Positions 10,892 to 20,034 of a stretch of DNA of 64,000 nucleotides are shown here, piece after piece. How positions within the stretch are numbered: the first letter of the stretch is position 1; each line of letters starts with the position of its first letter. The DNA is taken from the IMG/VR virus record IMGVR_UViG_3300032163_000011, positions 5,416 through 69,415 of that record. One strand, written 5' to 3'. Below the pieces are notes generated by a model. It searched no databases and was not told the DNA's origin. It saw nothing but the letters and a program-made list of their open reading frames with translations. Position numbers and translations under genes: made by a program. The stretch is from a virus.

Positions 10892-11866
10892 TTAAGCCGC
10901 AGACTTCATGCCGATTTCCAGAGCATTAATTTCCGTGTCCAACCACACGCTGGAATCCAAGGGATTTTTTTCCCACAACTTATAAACGCTCTTGGCCGTG
11001 GTAGTGGGCACCGCATTATTGCCCCCAACGTAATCCACTCCACCACTGCGAATGGCCAGCTTCAGGTTCAAGGGCGTCGGTGCCCCCTCCTGGATACACT
11101 GCGCCTGGACCTGGAGGCTTTTCACATTGGCGATCACCCCGGCCAAATCGCTGGCCAGATATGTGTCCAGAAGATCATCCGTATTGGTAGCCACGAAATC
11201 GGCGGCGCTGGCCGGCCTCTCATCCACGCAGGTGTAATTGTTTCCCGTGGAGGGGGTGAATTGCGTAGTATTCCCGATGGCGTTAGGAACGATGGCCTGG
11301 ACCGAAGTATTGCCGATCCAGTTGGCATCATCGACGACCACATCGTCGTATAAAGCCGCACCAACGCCGCTTGCAAGTCCTAACCGAATGTTATCAATTT
11401 GTACCGACGAAGCAGTGGTATTTCCGGTAAAGTTTATAACGTAACTACCATTGACCTTTACCTGGAAGTATCCTGCCGAAGCATGAGGTTTATATCTAAC
11501 CTCGATTAGATATACAACATTCATGGTTAATGCGGTAAGTGCAGATGCCAACAAAGTGCCAGTTGTATCTCCTGCATACGCTTTTAGTATTGCGGTGGTG
11601 AGGGCTAACTGAAGGCATCCCAACACAGTAGTCCCATTTTTAAAAAAAATTACCACCGCTCCTGCTGTGCTTGGTTTGAATTTAAAAGCGCAATAATACT
11701 CATCGGCAGCAGGTAAGTTTTTATCTATACTGGCCGTAGTGCCTTGGCTAAGACAATAGGAACCAGACATGCCAGCAGGAGCCGCAATCACCGTTGGAGT
11801 TCCTACCCAGGCATCCCACAGGTCCATCTGCCCCGACTCGAAACCATCTATGAACACCCTAGCCAT
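10892..11866 (-). CDS. Tail-associated protein (beta-sandwich/lectin-like)
   Basis: MARVFIDGFESG start, LYDDVVVDD motif, 324 aa. Confidence 0.6.
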   Translation of the reverse strand: MARVFIDGFESGQMDLWDAWVGTPTVIAAPAGMSGSYCLSQGTTASIDKNLPAADEYYCAFKFKPSTAGAVVIFFKNGTTVLGCLQLALTTAILKAYAGDTTGTLLASALTALTMNVVYLIEVRYKPHASAGYFQVKVNGSYVINFTGNTTASSVQIDNIRLGLASGVGAALYDDVVVDDANWIGNTSVQAIVPNAIGNTTQFTPSTGNNYTCVDERPASAADFVATNTDDLLDTYLASDLAGVIANVKSLQVQAQCIQEGAPTPLNLKLAIRSGGVDYVGGNNAVPTTTAKSVYKLWEKNPLDSSVWLDTEINALEIGMKSAA

Positions 11867-11878
11867 GGTCGTATCTCC

Positions 11879-12997
11879 TTATGTGGCTCCAGGCCAAAAG
11901 CCCGCAGTCTGAAGTTCTTCTTTGGTATGTGGGCGCGTATAAAACTTGATTTTGCTTGGATCTGTTTCATGAATACTATCAGGTTGCCGCCATGACCAAT
12001 GATTTATATTCTCATTATTAACCAAATTAACCGAGAATTTATCTTGATACTTAAACTCAGGAAATTCAAGGAAATAACCCCTTTCTCCTTCCCAAACAAA
12101 TCCTTCATCTATATCAAGGGGCGACATACCGCTATGACTTTGACCAAGCGCCTTTACTTCTTCATATAATTTTTTGGTATAAGGAGCCGCCAACACGCTA
12201 ATCATCGTAACATCATAAAACCATTCAGTCCAACGACCATCTGGATATGAAACCCAATATAATGTTCCAGGGGTATAGATTGAAAAGCTTCTATTTCTTG
12301 CACCAATGGCTTGAAAAATATACATAATAGGCCCGACTATAATAAGCCATTCAAAATATCTCTTGTCATTATAAACTGTTGATTGAGTATCATATTCCCA
12401 TGGCCCCGGACCAATGACTGTTGTTTCTATTCCTGTATCACAGATTACCTCCGATTCATTAACCAAGCCAAGGTCCATCCCGTCCGGACCCTTGCCTTCG
12501 CTATCTAAATTTCCATACATTTCCCCCTGTTTACTGCATTGGAGATAAAGTTTATGAGCTTCATCATCATAGGCTTCCAGCATCATCCGGATAATATCTT
12601 CCCCGATCCGGGGAATGCCATCCAAAAAGCCCACCACGGCAAAGGGTTTGCCATCCTGAAGCATCACCTTCACTTCATCATCAACCCGAAAACTCATCCA
12701 GGCGTTCTCAAAATATTTCTCATCCTGATTAATGTCCTGGGCTTTATGGTCCTCAGTGTCCCAATACTGCTTCCGTGGGTGATAAAAGAGGGGGATGAAG
12801 TCGGACTCTCCAACCCCCTCAATCTCCACCTTCACCATTGATTCAACCCTGAAGGGATCATCCGGATTATCAACGGCGGGACGCTTAAAATCCGTGATAA
12901 CCCCCTTGGCATAGCTCACCTGGCAGACCGTTGGGAAGTCCGGGTGATCAATTCTCCAGCTATCCGGAGATTTTTCGACGACGGCCAGTTCGGTCAT
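11879..12997 (-). CDS. Hypothetical virion-module protein with AT-rich C-terminal part
   Basis: 372-aa ORF; composition shifts at about 12560. Confidence 0.6.
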   Translation of the reverse strand: MTELAVVEKSPDSWRIDHPDFPTVCQVSYAKGVITDFKRPAVDNPDDPFRVESMVKVEIEGVGESDFIPLFYHPRKQYWDTEDHKAQDINQDEKYFENAWMSFRVDDEVKVMLQDGKPFAVVGFLDGIPRIGEDIIRMMLEAYDDEAHKLYLQCSKQGEMYGNLDSEGKGPDGMDLGLVNESEVICDTGIETTVIGPGPWEYDTQSTVYNDKRYFEWLIIVGPIMYIFQAIGARNRSFSIYTPGTLYWVSYPDGRWTEWFYDVTMISVLAAPYTKKLYEEVKALGQSHSGMSPLDIDEGFVWEGERGYFLEFPEFKYQDKFSVNLVNNENINHWSWRQPDSIHETDPSKIKFYTRPHTKEELQTAGFWPGAT

Positions 12998-13108
12998 AAG
13001 TTACTGTCCAAATGACAATTTATATGTTATAAAAAATGAGCCGAGACGCGGTGCGTGAACACCGGCCCGGCTCTCCCCAACACACCAACCTGATAGGAGG
13101 TCGGCACA

Positions 13109-13711
13109 ATGAGTGATTCCCAGTTTACCAATTCCCCTGAGATTTTCAAGCCAATTCCAGGCTTCCCCGGTTACGAAGTGAGCGATCAAGGACGGGTTAG
13201 ATCCTATTGGAAAAAGGAAGGTGGTCGCCATTCTGGAACAAAGTGGTCTGAAGCTGTAAAGCCGAAGTGGTGTATAACGGCCACGCCTCAAAGAACCCTT
13301 AAACCAACCTTGCGCCTTGGTTATCCCACGGTTACCTTGGCGAATGATGAAAGACACTCGCCCATTGGGATTCACCGCCTCATTCTGTTCGCTTTCGTAG
13401 GGCCATGCCCCCCTGGTCAAGAGTGCCGTCATAAAGACGGTATCCCTGCCCATTGCTTCCTTGATAATCTTCACTGGGGGACGCGTAGTGACAATACCTA
13501 TGACAAATTTAAGCATGGATACACTTGCCGTCCCCCAAAGTACGAAGGCGAAAATCATCCTATGGCGAAGCTCACCAGCGACCAGGTTCTTAAAATTCGT
13601 GAACTTTATGCCCATGGTTATCGCCTATGCGAACTTGGAAGAATGTTTAAGGTGTGCCCTCAAACTATAAAATCCATTATCATTGGTAAGATATGGAATC
13701 ACCTACCTTAA
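13109..13711 (+). CDS. NUMOD4-HNH homing endonuclease, antisense to the late operon
   Basis: EIFKPIPGFPGYEVSDQGRVRS (NUMOD4); IHRLILFAFVGPCPPGQECRHKDG...NLHWGTRSDN (HNH); C-terminal helix-turn-helix; RBS GGAGG. Confidence 0.9.
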   Translation: MSDSQFTNSPEIFKPIPGFPGYEVSDQGRVRSYWKKEGGRHSGTKWSEAVKPKWCITATPQRTLKPTLRLGYPTVTLANDERHSPIGIHRLILFAFVGPCPPGQECRHKDGIPAHCFLDNLHWGTRSDNTYDKFKHGYTCRPPKYEGENHPMAKLTSDQVLKIRELYAHGYRLCELGRMFKVCPQTIKSIIIGKIWNHLP

Positions 13712-14668
13712 TTATGCTGTTGACAGCGAAAAACGAGGTAAATATGTCAGTTTTTGACCCGCGGCGGTAATCGCGTAGGGGCCCGGGCTCGGGAAGACCT
13801 CCACGAACATCAACTGCTGGTGGGCGTCCGGGACCGCCGTGCCGGTGTTGCTTTCGGCGTATTTCGTGGTCGCCAGGGAATCGACATCAACGTGCAGGGC
13901 ATCATTTCCGGACCCGGTGATCTTGGTGGTGGTCTTGTTGTCGGCGACGGTGTAACCTGTGCCCGGGGCGATTATGCCAAAGGTGACCACAGCCCCGGCG
14001 TTCACCGTCAGGACAATGCCCTTGCCTCCCGAAGCGTCAGTTTGGTTAATCGCGAAGATGTCGCCGACGGCATAACCAGTTCCGCCCGCCCCGGTAGAGC
14101 CGAGCGAAGTGGCATTAATGCCGCCAAGGATGGTGATTTCCTCGTTGTCCTGGAAAGTACCGGTCTTGGTCTTGATGTAGAGGTTGCCGGCCGCGGTCCC
14201 GGCCGCCCAGGTGCCCGTGCCCTGCAATTCGACCATGGTGACGATGCCGGTGGCATGGCTGGTGCTGCCATAGACGACATCGCCAACCTTGATCTCCACC
14301 GCCCCGGCGTCGAAGGGCAGGACCCAGGTGTAAGCGAAGATCCCGTAGGCGGTGGCCAGGTCGGCGGCGTCGGCAGCCGCAAAGTTCCATTCCTGAGCCA
14401 CGGCCCCATACTGACCCTCGGCTTTGCCGGCGGCGTTGGTCTGGACGAACCATTTATTCGCGATGGCCGCATCTTCAACCAGGTCGTTGCTCAGGGGAAT
14501 TGGGGCGTAGGTCCGTCCCCCGGTGGCGAGCCATTCGGTTAAGGTGGAAAATAGGGTGCTGCCATCAGGAATGATGGAGGTTTTGAAGAGGCCCAGGACC
14601 ATGGCCTTCCCCTTGAGGATCGCCTTCAACATCTCTTTTTCGCCTTGATTCGGAACGTAAATTGACAC
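13712..14668 (-). CDS. Virion structural protein
   Basis: GTG start at 14668 after AGGAG (VSIYVPNQGEKEMLKAIL); GGTGYAVGD and PGTGYTVAD repeats. Confidence 0.7.
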   Translation of the reverse strand: MSIYVPNQGEKEMLKAILKGKAMVLGLFKTSIIPDGSTLFSTLTEWLATGGRTYAPIPLSNDLVEDAAIANKWFVQTNAAGKAEGQYGAVAQEWNFAAADAADLATAYGIFAYTWVLPFDAGAVEIKVGDVVYGSTSHATGIVTMVELQGTGTWAAGTAAGNLYIKTKTGTFQDNEEITILGGINATSLGSTGAGGTGYAVGDIFAINQTDASGGKGIVLTVNAGAVVTFGIIAPGTGYTVADNKTTTKITGSGNDALHVDVDSLATTKYAESNTGTAVPDAHQQLMFVEVFPSPGPYAITAAGQKLTYLPRFSLSTA

Positions 14669-14693
14669 GGTATTTCTCCTTTTAAATTTATTC

Positions 14694-14942
14694 TTAATCC
14701 TGCGCGGTGACCTCAATCCCGGGGATGATCCCCCGCACCGTCAAAGACATCGTGGGGTTCATCACGCAACGCTCTTCCGCCAGAACAGCCTTGATCCGCT
14801 CCGCCGCCCGATGCTCCCGAGCTATTCGGTCGGCCTGAAGCATGGCCTTCATTTCTTCCGGAAGGGGAGGAACTTTGGATACCATCGACGGCCGCAGTTC
14901 GGTGGGGCCTTTTACCGTTTCCAACCTTTTCTTGTCAGGCAT
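14694..14942 (-). CDS. Small hypothetical protein (possible fibre chaperone)
   Basis: 82 aa, RBS AGGAG, follows the tail fibre gene. Confidence 0.55.
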   Translation of the reverse strand: MPDKKRLETVKGPTELRPSMVSKVPPLPEEMKAMLQADRIAREHRAAERIKAVLAEERCVMNPTMSLTVRGIIPGIEVTAQD

Positions 14943-14957
14943 AGAATCTCCTTTAGT

Positions 14958-16565
14958 TTAATGCACCACGCAGACCGGATCAGGATCAGCGCCAGTGCGG
15001 TAAAAAGCTCCTGCTGTTAAACCAGCGGCTATTGCAGCGGCATTGTTGGCATAAGCTGGTAATCCAGCAACATATAGTTGGCCTGAAAGTAACATTTGGC
15101 CAGTAGCTCTATTAATATAGATTGATGTGCCAAGATAAACATCGTTATCATCAAATCGGTTGAGAAAGAAATTAGAACCTGCATTCCCTCCAGATTCAGG
15201 CACATCATTAATACCATGTTCAAATCTACGACTGCCAGAAGTCTGATAACTGGTAAATCTATAATTTCCAGCAGCGGCATTGACCACGAGTGAAGTATTC
15301 GTTCTAATAGTTCCATTTACATCAAATTTTGCTCCCATTGATGTAAATCCAACACCGACACTACCATTTTCATCTATTGCCAATCCGTTTGTGAAGTTTG
15401 ATGAAAAATTATCAGTTGTATGTTGAAAAAGAATAAATCCGTCTGTTGAACCATTTATTGTAGAGATTATACGCCATTGTTTTCCTGAACCACCATTAAA
15501 ATGATATGCTTGGGTATTAACACTTGTAACATAAATACCAGTACCTGCTATTACCCCATTTACATCTAATAAGAAGACAGTTGGTGTTTTTCCGATGCCG
15601 ACGTTGCCCGCCGTATCCACCCAAACCGCTTGCGGTGAGCCATCAGAAGCCCAAAGTGCGGAGTGTTTGTGGCCGGGGTCAAGGGCTGTTCCCCAGGCGT
15701 CGTTCCCGCCCGTGCCCCCGTTGGCCACGGGCAGGATGCCGCTCACATGAGTCGTCAGCCCCACCTTGCCCCAGGCTGGTGCCGTAGAGACCCCGGCAGA
15801 GATGAGGACATTATTGACCGCCGCCGCCGCCAACTTCGCCAGGGCAGCCGTGGTGCTGGCATAGATCAAGTCACCCACGACATAAGGGACCAGCGAGTCC
15901 GGAAGGACATCGGCTTGATAGGCAAGTTTTTTCCACTGGACCTCACGAAAAACCGCGCTGACGATGGCCCAATCATCGGAAGTGCTGAAAGTCCAGTCCA
16001 TGTGTGTGTCGGTGGTGTCGGTCTTGATGAGATATTGCCCGCCGTCGCCATAGGAGCCGTCATCTACGTCGTAGAGTTGGGTTCCGGTTCGTCCGGAAGG
16101 GTTCCAGGTAGTAGCCCCGGAGCCGATAGCAGCTACGATCACATCACCAGAGGCCAGACCGGTGTGCGTGGGGCCGGTCGGGTCGGGGCCGGTGCCAGAA
16201 CCTATATCGGCGGTGCGTAGTTGCGTTTGATACCCCGAGGCGGCTTTATAAGACGAAGCCTCGGCGGTGAAATACACATTGTTATCGTCGGGAATATGAA
16301 TGGTAAGGGATGAACCTGTGGGTGGATTGAGCAGATACCATAACTCAACGGTAGTTTCGCCGCTGCTGGCTTGAGCATTGGTGCTGGCCTGGGTCAGGGC
16401 GACGCCGTTGTAAGTCGGGGCGCCACCGGTCCTGGCCGTCAGGCCGTCCACCACGATCCCCAGGACCAGCAAAGTTGCCCCGGCCCCGCAGGTGTAGCTC
16501 AGATCCCGGCCCGCGGCATTGGCTCCCCTGGCCAGGTTGGCTTTGGTATCGTAGGTATGGGCCAT
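14958..16565 (-). CDS. Tail fibre / receptor-binding protein
   Basis: GILPVANGGTG, GNVGIGKTP...LLDVNG and GSVGVG...FDVNG fibre motifs; AT-rich distal part. Confidence 0.8.
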   Translation of the reverse strand: MAHTYDTKANLARGANAAGRDLSYTCGAGATLLVLGIVVDGLTARTGGAPTYNGVALTQASTNAQASSGETTVELWYLLNPPTGSSLTIHIPDDNNVYFTAEASSYKAASGYQTQLRTADIGSGTGPDPTGPTHTGLASGDVIVAAIGSGATTWNPSGRTGTQLYDVDDGSYGDGGQYLIKTDTTDTHMDWTFSTSDDWAIVSAVFREVQWKKLAYQADVLPDSLVPYVVGDLIYASTTAALAKLAAAAVNNVLISAGVSTAPAWGKVGLTTHVSGILPVANGGTGGNDAWGTALDPGHKHSALWASDGSPQAVWVDTAGNVGIGKTPTVFLLDVNGVIAGTGIYVTSVNTQAYHFNGGSGKQWRIISTINGSTDGFILFQHTTDNFSSNFTNGLAIDENGSVGVGFTSMGAKFDVNGTIRTNTSLVVNAAAGNYRFTSYQTSGSRRFEHGINDVPESGGNAGSNFFLNRFDDNDVYLGTSIYINRATGQMLLSGQLYVAGLPAYANNAAAIAAGLTAGAFYRTGADPDPVCVVH

Positions 16566-16570
16566 AATTT

Positions 16571-16801
16571 TTAGACCCCGTATTTCACCTTGGCCTGCTC
16601 AATGGTTTCGGATAATAGTATCTCCAAAACCAAGACCACTTGAGGCAACGGCAACCTGGCTTCAGCGATGAAGGCCACAAAACGGTTATGGAGGAGGCCC
16701 ATCTTATCGTCCAGGGCCTCCTCATAAAGTTTGGCCACCTTCTCCAAGGCCGCAGCCTTTTCCTGTTCGGAAGGTTGCTTACCCTTTTTGGCTACTACCA
16801 T
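16571..16801 (-). CDS. Small hypothetical protein
   Basis: 76 aa, translationally coupled to the upstream gene. Confidence 0.55.
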   Translation of the reverse strand: MVVAKKGKQPSEQEKAAALEKVAKLYEEALDDKMGLLHNRFVAFIAEARLPLPQVVLVLEILLSETIEQAKVKYGV

Positions 16802-17127
16802 TATGCAATCGCCGTGCAGCCCATGAAGGCCAGGGTGTCCACCTGAAAGGCCAACTTCCCGAGTATCGGGGTCAGAAGATTCAGGGCCGTGGCGTCCGCC
16901 ACGTTGGGAATTTCCCCGTCCGGCAACAGGCCCAGAAGAGTTTGAACTTGCGCGGCGGTCAGGGCTGCGATGTTGCCCCCGGTAATGCGGCCCACGATTC
17001 TCTGTTCGGCCACGGTTAAGGCCGCCGGGGTGTTGTCGGTGTCGGCGGCCAAGATCGTGTTGGCATCGAACAGCGCCTTCAGAACCACATCAGCTTCATA
17101 CGCTAATTTCTTCCAAGTCACGGCCAT
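16801..17127 (-). CDS. Short tail-fibre-like protein
   Basis: PAALTVAEQRIVGRITGGNIAALTAAQVQTLL motif; RBS AGGAG. Confidence 0.65.
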   Translation of the reverse strand: MAVTWKKLAYEADVVLKALFDANTILAADTDNTPAALTVAEQRIVGRITGGNIAALTAAQVQTLLGLLPDGEIPNVADATALNLLTPILGKLAFQVDTLAFMGCTAIA

Positions 17128-17139
17128 GTTATTTCTCCT

Positions 17140-17572
17140 TTATTCTACGGCCACATAAAGGCCATTATCCGCAGCTTTGTAGCCCACAAAACCCTCTGCC
17201 GGCGAGTCCGGCAAAGTCATGGGAACCAAGACAATCCCCTGAAACTCTAAAGGCTCGGCCCGGCTTTCCCAATGCCCGGTAGCGGCGTTGAACCGGATGA
17301 TGTCGCCGTCGGTCGGGGCCGGAGCATCCACATTCAGCAGGTCGTCAAGGTTTAGTTCTCCCCCGATCCCCGGAGCCCCGGTTTCACCTTTCGGTCCTGC
17401 CGGCCCCTGCTGTCCGACTTCTATGGCGACCGCTTCCTGCCGGGGGTGCGATTATCGCCATTTCGGTCCTTGATTCAACTACAACAGCTTCCTGCTGCGG
17501 TGCTACGGCAACAATTTCCTCCCGGGCCTCAATCAGTACCGCCTCTGATTTAGGGGCAATAATATCGACCAC
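17140..17572 (-). CDS. Collagen-repeat tail protein interrupted by a +1 frameshift at 17442-17446
   Basis: GTG 17572 after GGAGG; a +1 shift in GCA CCC CCG gives ...IIAPRQEAVAIEVGQQGPAGPKGETGAPG...LDDLLNVDAPAPTDGDIIRFN, in frame with ORF 17140..17331. Confidence 0.7.
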
Positions 17573-17573
17573 G

Positions 17574-17939
17574 TTATGAAACCTCCACGCCGCCCGCCGC
17601 CGCCTCATCCCGGGTGACCGTGCCAAGAATTTGCACCGCCCCCTCAATGTAATTCTGGCGTAAACCGTGGGTATCGGTCAGCACCAAGTCCCAACAGGCC
17701 TGGCTATCCTGGAGTAATATGGTCTGCGTATCGGTCAGGCTGATAACGATGCTGCCGATGAGCGGGTCAATCGTGGCCTGGAAAGTGACGATCAAACTAT
17801 CCCCATCTTTACCGGACCTCATTTCCGCCTTGGCAGAGTAACCGGTAAGGTCCATGGCCGCGCCCCGGCTCTTCAAATAAAACGTCTGAGAGAAGTCCCG
17901 ATCCCGGTAGATGGTCAAGTCGTGGGTTGCAGGTTTCAT
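17574..17939 (-). CDS. BppU-like / tail-anchor Ig-like protein
   Basis: DLTIYRDRDF...MDLTGYSAKAEMR...GSIVISLTDTQT...WDLVLTD...IEGAVQI pattern. Confidence 0.7.
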   Translation of the reverse strand: MKPATHDLTIYRDRDFSQTFYLKSRGAAMDLTGYSAKAEMRSGKDGDSLIVTFQATIDPLIGSIVISLTDTQTILLQDSQACWDLVLTDTHGLRQNYIEGAVQILGTVTRDEAAAGGVEVS

Positions 17940-19216
17940 TAGACGAGTGCCCCCAAACTAATAATTGAAGTCATCTCTTCATCCACCTCATTCGGCAACC
18001 CGGATTGGGTCATCACCACCTGGGGAATCCCGGATAAATACCGGAACAGCCCGGCTCCTCGCTGCCGCATGGAGATCGTCAAGGCGGAATTGGTCATGTG
18101 AGTGACTGTGCCGCCGTGGCTGCCGGTGACGAAACCCGTGCGGGCCATCCATATCGGTAGCGGCATTTGAGGTCCCTTGGGCCGGAGTAGGCCATCCAAG
18201 GCGGTCATAGAACCGGGGACCTGGGCGATAATCAAAGTACCAGGGACGGCTCCGTCAGCAATCCGGTCCACCTTCATCTTCTTTGGGCTCGTCCCGGCCA
18301 GAAACCAGGTGGAGGTCAGGGAGTTGACAAACATCCCCTCGTTCACCGGGGCCACCATCACCAAGTCTTCCATGAAAGGCAGGTAATTCCCCCTCTTGAA
18401 CCATTCATATTCGCCGGGCTCGGAGAAGTAGAGATTGCGCCCCGAGACCCCCCACATACGCCCGTGCGCCTGGCAGAAATGGGCAAAAAGAGGAGGAGGG
18501 ATCACGCTCTGGGTAAGAAGGGGCCGGATGGTGGGGGCCTGGGCCGTGATTTGGTCATAACTATCCCACAGCGCCAGAAAGAGTTTTCCGCCGTCGGGAT
18601 GGGTGATCCAGGGGGTCAGGTCGTCTTCCAGATTATTTAGCTGAATCCCACGGGAGAGTCCTTCCCAAGCGATCTGCGTTAAGGGTCCGTTGCCACTCTG
18701 TCGCCCATCAGAAGCCGCTCTGGTGTAGGCGAGAGAGTAACGCCCGGGGGGCAGGTCGCCCGCCACCAGGTCGATGTCCGGGGCTACAGGAGGGTCTTGG
18801 CCCCAGGCCTCCACCTCCCCGGTGAGCAAGTTGTAAATCCCGTTCCAGTAGATGGACGAGCAGAATATCCGGTTGTTGACCTCGGCGTAGTTCATCTGGG
18901 CCCGGGGGCCGACCGAAGCCAAGGCCGTCATGGTCGTTCCCTCTACCCGATACAGAACCTCGTCCACCACCACCAGAAAGACGCTCAGGCCTTTCTCTTC
19001 GCCGGCCAGGGAATGAGGACCGGAAATAGAAATCTCTGCGGCAAATCCGCCCCGAGGCCGAACCACGCCGCCGTCCGTCACATCGGCGTTCACGATGAGG
19101 TGGGGGGTGGTGCGTCTCTCTTTGTCCAGGAAGTAAGCAGGGGCTTCCGGCAGGTTATTCATGCCGTTGATGCCGTACGCGGTGACCGGCTTATTGGGTT
19201 TAATAGAAGCCGCCAT
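17939..19216 (-). CDS. Putative tail nozzle / DNA-stabilisation protein
   Basis: 425 aa, GMNN start motif, GRMWGVSGRNLYFSEPG; follows the adaptor gene. Confidence 0.6.
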   Translation of the reverse strand: MAASIKPNKPVTAYGINGMNNLPEAPAYFLDKERRTTPHLIVNADVTDGGVVRPRGGFAAEISISGPHSLAGEEKGLSVFLVVVDEVLYRVEGTTMTALASVGPRAQMNYAEVNNRIFCSSIYWNGIYNLLTGEVEAWGQDPPVAPDIDLVAGDLPPGRYSLAYTRAASDGRQSGNGPLTQIAWEGLSRGIQLNNLEDDLTPWITHPDGGKLFLALWDSYDQITAQAPTIRPLLTQSVIPPPLFAHFCQAHGRMWGVSGRNLYFSEPGEYEWFKRGNYLPFMEDLVMVAPVNEGMFVNSLTSTWFLAGTSPKKMKVDRIADGAVPGTLIIAQVPGSMTALDGLLRPKGPQMPLPIWMARTGFVTGSHGGTVTHMTNSALTISMRQRGAGLFRYLSGIPQVVMTQSGLPNEVDEEMTSIISLGALV

Positions 19217-19895
19217 AATACCTGCCTGGACCTATGGGGTCCCGGCCACCGTGGCGCCGGGGCGGGTTATAGAGTTTAGCCAGATAGAATTTCAGATTAG
19301 TTGTTTCCCTTGCCAACTCTCCCTGCCAATACTGGAGGGGTTGGAGGCTGCCGCCTTCCACCAGGTCGATGAGTTTCTGATAAGACCTGACGATCACCTT
19401 GGGGATGATCACCCGGGCGTGGAACTCTGAAGGAATGAAGTTGGGTGAATCTTCCGGTTTTACCAAAACCGTAGGCTTGCGATAATACCAGAGGTAGATG
19501 GTTTCCGTGGCCCGCGGGTAAACCCCGACCTTCAGGGTCCCGTTATCATCCCCGGCCGCCACCATGCGCACATGGTCCTGGACTTCATCGTGCGCCAGGT
19601 TCGCCCGATCCAAACAACTGAAATCCAGGGGCTTCCTCTGGTGGTCCACCCTGATATGAGCATAATTGCTGTCAGCGGCCCGGAAAATCCTCTTGTGGAA
19701 GTCCGCCGGGGCAGCGAAAAGCCAGGTGTCGTCGGTAACCGGGAAGGAAGTGGCCTGCGCAGTCTTTAGAGTAGGGAACTCAAGATCAGCCGCCAGTTCC
19801 AAGATGGCGTTGTTGAGCCAGCCCTTGAACTTCGGGGCCAGGCTCTTATCCTGGATCTGCTGGACCAACTCGTCTTCCAATTCCTGCAAGGTCAT
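19200..19895 (-). CDS. Head-tail adaptor protein
   Basis: MTLQELEDEL...WLNNAILEL...VYP...YYRKP...IPSEFH podovirus adaptor-like pattern. Confidence 0.7.
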   Translation of the reverse strand: MTLQELEDELVQQIQDKSLAPKFKGWLNNAILELAADLEFPTLKTAQATSFPVTDDTWLFAAPADFHKRIFRAADSNYAHIRVDHQRKPLDFSCLDRANLAHDEVQDHVRMVAAGDDNGTLKVGVYPRATETIYLWYYRKPTVLVKPEDSPNFIPSEFHARVIIPKVIVRSYQKLIDLVEGGSLQPLQYWQGELARETTNLKFYLAKLYNPPRRHGGRDPIGPGRYYGGFY

Positions 19896-20034
19896 GGCGT
19901 GCCCCCTTACTTCACCTTCGTTCTGGTGGCTGCGAAGCCAGCCTCCAGGTCGTCCTTCTTGTTCTCAACCTGCAGGGCGATTCCAGTCGTCCATGGGTGC
20001 TTCTACAGCTTTGGATGAACCTGTTGTAGCCATC

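Noticed and set aside
13001-13615. 204-aa minus-strand ORF
   Set aside because: Antisense shadow of the HNH gene, with no recognisable motifs
19895-20033. TGA read-through or recoded stop fusing the small ORF to the adaptor gene
   Set aside because: TGA terminates many clear genes here and the adaptor has its own RBS; a +1 break fits the codon usage better
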